Below, one piece after another: positions 56,843 to 64,000 of a DNA stretch of 64,000 nucleotides. Each line of letters opens with the position of its first letter. Position 1 is the stretch's first letter. The position numbers and the translations under genes are program-made. Location of the stretch: NCBI RefSeq assembly GCF_037042905.1, contig NC_087246.1, positions 1,738,001-1,802,000 of the forward strand. The letters run 5' to 3'. Below the pieces are notes generated by a model, which saw only the letters and a list, made by a program, of their open reading frames with translations, ran no database searches and had not been told where the DNA came from. Source of the DNA: Lytechinus pictus. Taxonomy: Eukaryota.

Positions 56843-56896
56843 ATGAAGGCTTTAAATCACAGACATTACAACAGGAATCCAAGTCCATTTCAGTTG
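56843..56896 (+). CDS. SMTN: Smoothelin-like coding exon (DEGFKSQTLQQESKSISV)
   Basis: Acceptor ttattcag|, donor G|gtaagt; phase 1-1. Confidence 0.75.
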
Positions 56897-57002
56897 GTAA
56901 GTAACATCAAACTTTGTTTATATTAATGGCAAAAAGAAGCTGCTGAAAACTGCTTATCTAATAAAAGAGAGCCAATGGAGTAAATTGTAAAGTCAAAAAG
57001 GG

Positions 57003-57041
57003 GCCTAAGCTTTCGATCCTAGCAGAATCTTCGTCGGAGGC
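57003..57041 (-). ncRNA. Mirror copy of the minimal hammerhead-like motif
   Basis: Exact reverse complement of 58932-58970. Confidence 0.55.
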
Positions 57042-57936
57042 AAAATGACAAACATATAAAGTGGAACAACCATAATATAGACCACAAACGAGCTACAGCA
57101 ACACTAGAAACAAGGAGACAAAAGGGGCATTAGTGAGTAGAGAAGACCAATCAGGTTAGTGAAGGGGATGAAAGAAAAGGAGTAGGCAGACACAAAGGGA
57201 AGTTAGTGTAAGTAAGGCCAAGAGGGATTAAGATAATGAGGCAGGCAACATCAAACAGGATCTGGAACAAAACAGTGATAGAGGGATGAATAACTAGAGA
57301 ATTAGTGAGAGGTGGGTCAAACAGGTTACAAAGAAAGGCTTAATAAACTGGTGCATAAGAGTGGGGGGAAAAAAGAAGAAAAAGAATGGGGAACAACTGA
57401 TAATGTGCAAAAGACATATAAGTATATATGATAAAGCATTAAACAAACTAAGAGAAGAAGGTAAGTGTAAATATGTATCTATAAGTGATATGTATATAAA
57501 TATATCCAAAAAAGAGTATATAAATATATACACATATGGTGTAACTGATATGGTAATCCGCTAGGTGTGACGGGAAAAAACATAAGACTATATAGTAGGA
57601 AAGAAAAAAAAATCTGTATATGTGAAAAAGAGGAAGCAAATTGCCTAAAAAGGTAAAAGCAAATATAGAAGAGAGGGGGTGTATTATGAAGAAACCATAG
57701 TATACATGTAAATAAGCAAATGTGGTAAATCTAAAAGAGGTGAGTGGAGAAAAATAAATATATATATATATATATAATAATTATTATATCGCCTGAATAA
57801 GGAAGGAAAAATTGGAGCTGAGCTTGTATGAGATATGGGAGGAAAGTAGAGTAAGAAACTATAATGTAACTATTCAAAAGAGCTGAGGGGAAAAATTATA
57901 TGTATATATAAATTGAAAGTGGATAGGAAAGAAAAA

Positions 57937-57990
57937 TCAGTCGTTCCCCTCTTGGATGTTCAGGCCATGAGGTTGGGTGGTGCGAAGTCG
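57937..57990 (-). pseudogene. C-terminal remnant of a Penelope-like GIY-YIG endonuclease (RLRTTQPHGLNIQEGND*); mirrored on + at 57989-58036
   Basis: Matches the L-x-T-x-x-P-x-G-L-N motif that ends GIY-YIG domains of Penelope-like ORFs, immediately before a stop codon. Confidence 0.65.
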
Positions 57991-58931
57991 CACCACCCAA
58001 CCTCATGGCCTGAACATCCAAGAGGGGAACGACTGATTTTTCTTTCCTATCCACTTTCAATTTATATATACATATAATTTTTCCCCTCAGCTCTTTTGAA
58101 TAGTTACATTATAGTTTCTTACTCTACTTTCCTCCCATATCTCATACAAGCTCAGCTCCAATTTTTCCTTCCTTATTCAGGCGATATAATAATTATTATA
58201 TATATATATATATATTTATTTTTCTCCACTCACCTCTTTTAGATTTACCACATTTGCTTATTTACATGTATACTATGGTTTCTTCATAATACACCCCCTC
58301 TCTTCTATATTTGCTTTTACCTTTTTAGGCAATTTGCTTCCTCTTTTTCACATATACAGATTTTTTTTTCTTTCCTACTATATAGTCTTATGTTTTTTCC
58401 CGTCACACCTAGCGGATTACCATATCAGTTACACCATATGTGTATATATTTATATACTCTTTTTTGGATATATTTATATACATATCACTTATAGATACAT
58501 ATTTACACTTACCTTCTTCTCTTAGTTTGTTTAATGCTTTATCATATATACTTATATGTCTTTTGCACATTATCAGTTGTTCCCCATTCTTTTTCTTCTT
58601 TTTTCCCCCCACTCTTATGCACCAGTTTATTAAGCCTTTCTTTGTAACCTGTTTGACCCACCTCTCACTAATTCTCTAGTTATTCATCCCTCTATCACTG
58701 TTTTGTTCCAGATCCTGTTTGATGTTGCCTGCCTCATTATCTTAATCCCTCTTGGCCTTACTTACACTAACTTCCCTTTGTGTCTGCCTACTCCTTTTCT
58801 TTCATCCCCTTCACTAACCTGATTGGTCTTCTCTACTCACTAATGCCCCTTTTGTCTCCTTGTTTCTAGTGTTGCTGTAGCTCGTTTGTGGTCTATATTA
58901 TGGTTGTTCCACTTTATATGTTTGTCATTTT

Positions 58932-58970
58932 GCCTCCGACGAAGATTCTGCTAGGATCGAAAGCTTAGGC
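58932..58970 (+). ncRNA. Minimal hammerhead ribozyme-like motif (variant core CCGACGA)
   Basis: GCCU-CCGACGA-A-GAUUCU(GCU)AGGAUC-GAAA-GCUU-AGGC: stem I GCCU/AGGC, 6-bp stem II, palindromic AAGCUU. Confidence 0.55.
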
Positions 58971-60162
58971 CCCTTTTTGACTTTACACTTTGTTTATATT
59001 ACTTAGTTTAGTAATATGCAAAGATCTTCAATATTTCGAACCTGAATCACAATAACGATACATAATAATAATGATAATAATCCAATGCACCTAATCCATT
59101 GTGCAGAGCGCTTAGGGCAAATGAATAACACCAACACCATTCCTGATACTATAGACACTGTACCCTATTATAGCTTTAATACACTATTTTCTTATACAAG
59201 TAAACTCTAATGCAATCATGGTTATAACTTTTGGTTTGGTTTGATGATTCTATTGCACTTGATCTTAAAATTAGATTTCAAATTATTGTATTGTAATATG
59301 ATAAAAATAATATATGATCAGATAAGTTAGAGGAGACAATGAAAGTCCACATTAGATTTCATGCGTAATGTTTGGTTTTACTAGATACAAACTTGAACTG
59401 CTCCTAACAATGAAGGTTTAAGATAGCATACCATTTCACAAGATAGCAATAGACCTATCACTCATTGGGTCTATACATAGAGATATTTGAGTAAAGCACT
59501 AGTTACATTGGCTTATGGTATAGTAGAGCACAATGTCGCCATTGCTTGACACCTGGCATTTCATGGGCCAGCGAGGGAGGGCTTGCCATATGATCCAACG
59601 ACCCTTTCAAATATTCAGGCTTAAGATTTAAAGTGTTGATCTAGCTTACAGATAATGAATAACTTGTTAAGTATTTCTATATTGAAGACAGCATTTTCTT
59701 ATTCTTTTACAGAATGTGGTACAGAATATGGAATTCATAACCATGATTGTTTTGCATTTGTTTACAATTTTTTAAAATTGATTATAACATATTGCTAAGT
59801 ACAATTGTGAACTTATTGGTATTATCATGAAAGTGTACTTTTGTGAAAGATTGTTTTTCCAATCTTGAATTTAAATTATTTATGTAATAGCTTTCAAAAC
59901 CTTACTCATTTCTTCATTTTGGCTCCTCACTCTGATAATATGATTGCAATTCAACAGATTTAACAGAATATTTAATATTTTGTGGATTTTTCAGCAGAAC
60001 TTACTTATTCAAAATTTAATTATTTATAAATAAAGGAGGAATTGCATCAAGGATTAGTGTAATATGATTACAAATAAGTAATGATGATTTAATTAGCTAA
60101 TGATGTGAAATGATTTTAATTATGGAAGGTTAAGATGTGAACCCTATATTGTTCTAGCTCTT

Positions 60163-60998
60163 GGGCCGTGTTTATGCTTCCACTTTTCAGGCCAGAATCA
60201 GCGTTTCCAAACGTGATTAGTCCAAAAAACGGTTGCGTCCATGCTTACTTTCATTTAAACGCTGTTTCAAAACGCCGATCGTAAACTCACAAAAAGGTGC
60301 GTTTGACCACAATCAGGCTTTCTGGGGAAGTATAAACAGAACCACGATCGTAAACGTGTTTAAATGACGTCATTTGGTACATGCTTCCGGTGAGATGAAA
60401 ATCCGCGGGCAAATAATCTCATTGCCCCACATGGGCGCATGTTACCTCCACGGAATTACCTCTCATCTTCCCTTGTTTTGCATGTGTAGTACTATTACTA
60501 GTATTACTCTTCCAATTTGTCATCACGATGAATGTTGAGGGATTTACACCAAAAAAACCCAGGAACATGAGTTATAATGAGGATACATCGCCAGATGCCC
60601 CAATAGCATAATCAAATAGATATTTTATTATTTTGTATACTTAATATTCTTTATTTTTTCTTACTATTATCCTCACCATGGTGGAAATTATATGGCTATA
60701 TCAAGAAGCTCCATGCAATGACTAAAATATCGGAAATTGTTCGATGTTTATATAACAGTCGACGTACCTTCCCCATAACAACACTCGGAAAAAAAAAAAT
60801 TCGAAAAAGGGCGCGCCCAACTTGACCTCGCTTTCCTGCTCAACGAAAATTACGATGCGAAGCCATCTGGAGATCGTGATTTCGCCTCTGAAAAGTTAAG
60901 CATAAACAGCACTCCCAGAACCACGTTTACGATCGGAGTTTTGGATCGACGTTTGAAAACGCTGATTCTGTCCTCGCAATGGAAGCATAAACACACCC
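60163..60998. mobile_element. Harbinger-like non-autonomous element
   Basis: TIRs gtgtttatgcttcca...cagaatcagcgtttccaaacg / cgtttgaaaacgctgattctg...tggaagcataaacac; internal inverted motif cgatcgtaaacgtg / cacgtttacgatcg. Confidence 0.7.
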
Positions 60999-62404
60999 AT
61001 AGACAGTTGAAAAAATGGAACTCCAATTGAGCAAGTCTTATTGGATTACATTTAGAAGATACAGACAGTATAATTGAATCTCTGTTTAGATATCAACATG
61101 GTTGTGTGTCTGCTGGTTTAATGATGAGCTGAGAATAGTATTGATGACTGATATCAACCCCACCCCCATTCTTATTTATCTCACGTATCCCACTTCATTG
61201 ATTACTCCACTCGTAATTGTTTCTTATTGTATCTTACATGGTATATGATTAATAACACCTTTCCTCTTAAGTTCCTTCACATAATCTTAGATTATCTGTC
61301 ATTGTCCAAATTATCAATTTTGGAGGATACAGTTTCTGTCCTATATGTGGTCCCTATCTCACACCCATTTGCACCTATCCCTTCCCTCCCTCCCTTGTAT
61401 TCCATCCCTTACTCCGTCCATCTCCTTTCTCTTCCCCCTCCTCTCTCTCTTCTCTCTCTTTCTTTCCCTTCCTCTCTTCCTTTCTCTCTGTCCCAAACTG
61501 CTCTCTACTCTTTCCATCTCTCTTTTCTATTCTCTATATCTCTCCCTTACCTTCCCAAGGCCAATCTTGCATCCCACATACTGTACACTAATGCATGATG
61601 GGTAACATGTGAAATATTTGAGAGGGTATAAGGATCAGGTGATGGGAAGGGAGGGTGAAAATTCAATAAGCGAGTAATTTGTCATCATTATCTCTGATCA
61701 TATATTGATGATCTAAGAATGATATGCTCCCTATATCATACATGATTTGTGTTTATCCAGACATTGGTAGTAGATCCAAAATTAGTTTGTCCTCAGACCA
61801 GGTTTCTACCATTGTTTACCACCCCCTCTTTTCTTCCTATCTGGTCTCCTCCACCGGTATCCATACACCCCTGTATGGTATCAGCTTTCTGGCTCGCATC
61901 TTCACTCCCACCGATCAATAACCAAACCATCTCCTGCCCTTAACCCCTTCACTCCAGGATTCCACCCTCCCTGTATATTTTCAAGATGGAATGAGTTATG
62001 ATGAGGGATGCCATCGTCTTTGTACCATCAATCCAATCCAAGCCAAAGTTGGTTCAAGGAATGTGTTGTCGTTAGGCCCGCCTGTCGTTTGCGTCACCTT
62101 AGGCCCCTCCATCCTACCATCTTTGTTTGAAAGTCATATTTGATAGCTATCTTACTTACGTGAATCTTGCTTCATCTTTACTGACCGTGACTGACAGTGT
62201 CCAGTGAGAGAAGAGTGCCGATTGACTAATTTGATAATTACCCCCTGCCTTCATCTTACCCTCTGGTATCACAATAGTGATATTAAACTAACCCAATACT
62301 TTCTACAGTACCAACAGGATTTAAATACTGTGGATTTATAAAGGATTTATCACCCCTTCTCATTCATCTTTGGATTTCTTTCTTCAAATCTCTTTCTTCG
62401 CTAG

Positions 62405-62494
62405 GACCTGGTGGAAGCAGTTCAGTCACAATGTCCAAATCAGTGTCCAGTTCGTCGTCCTCGACGACGTCGACAGATAAACCAAAAGGAAAAC
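62405..62494 (+). CDS. SMTN: Smoothelin-like coding exon (GPGGSSSVTMSKSVSSSSSSTTSTDKPKGK)
   Basis: Polypyrimidine tract plus gctag|, donor C|gtaagt; phase 1-1. Confidence 0.75.
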
Positions 62495-64000
62495 GTAAGT
62501 TATTTTCTTATGATAAGAGTAGAGCATTAATGATGACTTTATTTATTTATGTATTTGGAAAGAATCAGTATTATTCTCATGAAGATCATTTTGCAAGAAT
62601 CAAAGAGTCATTTCATAAGAATTCCAATAGAATGCCCCATTTTCAAGCTTTCTTCGATATCACAATCATTTCAGATGATATCCATTCTATTCCACAAATG
62701 TCAAAATTTTCACTTTTTTGAGGTATTGTTCTGTTGTTTGTGATATTTACACCTTTAATAGTTTTTGAAATCCATTCATCTCCCATATTTTGCTATGTTA
62801 AAGTTAAAACCAAAATCATATAAAATGTTATCCATTACTCTGCTCATTCTTCACTTGTTGAATTAATTGAATCATGTGATCAATCCCTTATCATGTGACC
62901 ACTACCCATGTCATGTGATCTGATATCTCATATCCATAGCTTCATTTACATTTTTTCAGTATCTTTCAGCGCAGAATCAGGTAAAACCTCCTTATCCCTT
63001 CTCTTTGTGTGTTTCTTTAGTAGAAAAAATGGTTATAATCTAGTCAAATATAACCATTTGCTCAAAATCACCAAAAAGTCATTACTTAGAAAATCTTAGA
63101 CAATTTTTTATAAAGTCAGACTTTGAAGAAAAGTTTCGGATATATTCTTTCATCATAATTTATGTCAGTTCTGCAAGTGTTCTATGTTTTTAAAGAAAGC
63201 TAGAAGTGTGTTAAGATTTTCTTTTCTTCATTTGCCCCTTTTTTAGATTGGCAAAAATGAGATCCTGTTATCAAAATGGAGGGGGAAAAAATCTGAGTAT
63301 TTGTATATTCCACTGATACTTATAAACAAATATCATAAAGGAAAAAGGCCAAATTTTAGTCCAGCTTTTTTTTTACAGAGTAAGACAATTTATTTAATGT
63401 TCAAACTTCATCTGTCTTGGAGCAATATACTTGTCCATGTACTGGTACAATTCTTTCAGAACTGAATCAATTAAAAAAGAAGTACTGCCTTGTTCATTAC
63501 ACGTGGCTTATAGGAAATTGAAATTTTGAGTTGGGTCCTTTTATCAATTTAAAATCTAAATTCAATTTCACATGAAAGCAATGACAATTTTTATTTTAAA
63601 ATCGGTTTCATTGTTAAAGTAAGTGTAATAGTGGTATGGCTACATTTGTATAGATGACAATTGAGAAAATAAATAGAGCAGCTGCTTGCAAGGTTTAAAT
63701 AGTCTCAGAATGATATATCACTAGGAAACTAAAAAATCTTTTGTTCACTAAATTATAAACAATTTTAATTTGCATTATAAGATACAGAATGTGGGAACTT
63801 AAAAATTAATCAGTTATAAATGGGTTAAAGAAGTTTTTTTCAGCACTGATTGGTGGTTTTGAGCAGTGGGTTAATGTTAATATAGTCTGCTCCATAGGTT
63901 TGAGATCAGCTCAAAATATTTTTTAGAGAGCATCAATGGCTGATTAAAAGCTTCCAATCCAGTACACTGAATGAAGATATAAACTGGATTATCAAAACTA

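Larger units (their letters stand above)
56926..58986 (-). mobile_element. Penelope-like retroelement insertion with a full inverted duplication (2-kb palindrome)
   Basis: Arms 56986-57985 and 57988-58987 are reverse complements (mirrored ORFs in the track). The 15-bp direct repeat ACTTTGTTTATATTA flanks the insertion. The centre encodes RLRTTQPHGLNIQEGND*, and hammerhead-like motifs lie near both outer ends. Confidence 0.8.

Noticed and set aside
57294..58679. Duplicated 63-79 aa ORFs as real paralogous genes
   Set aside because: They are mirror products of the palindrome in an AT-rich retroelement 3' region.
56986..58987. Palindrome as a pure assembly artefact
   Set aside because: Not fully excluded, but the 15-bp flanking duplication, the asymmetric tail and the uninterrupted exon order on both sides favour a real insertion.

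Overview
This is AT-rich eukaryotic genomic DNA, probably invertebrate deuterostome or sea-urchin-like (inferred from the repeat landscape; not proven). The whole window lies inside one large + strand multi-exon gene for a smoothelin-like protein. Twelve GT-AG exons between 5504 and 62494 join in one phase-consistent frame (about 1020 codons). Exons 49118-54348 encode the smoothelin motif IEQIDDEAALEKMLEEATEFDERKKIRSRLREVRKKKR; no start or stop codon for the full model was identified in the window. The introns are full of non-autonomous DNA transposons (hAT-, Tc1/mariner-, Harbinger- and Kolobok-like), a LINE 3' end and tandem repeats. Standout structures: (1) a 2-kb palindrome (two 1000-bp arms, 2-nt loop) with a 15-bp target duplication, made of two head-to-head Penelope-like retroelement 3' ends, each with a GIY-YIG C-terminus and a minimal hammerhead-like motif; (2) a second, older inverted pair of hammerhead-like motifs near 5 kb; (3) a 4.3-kb almost fully palindromic foldback element with an 8-bp TSD and arrays of palindromic 31-mers; (4) a candidate internal promoter and first exon that would give a short smoothelin-A-like isoform. 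Most short ORFs in the track are spurious or low-complexity.
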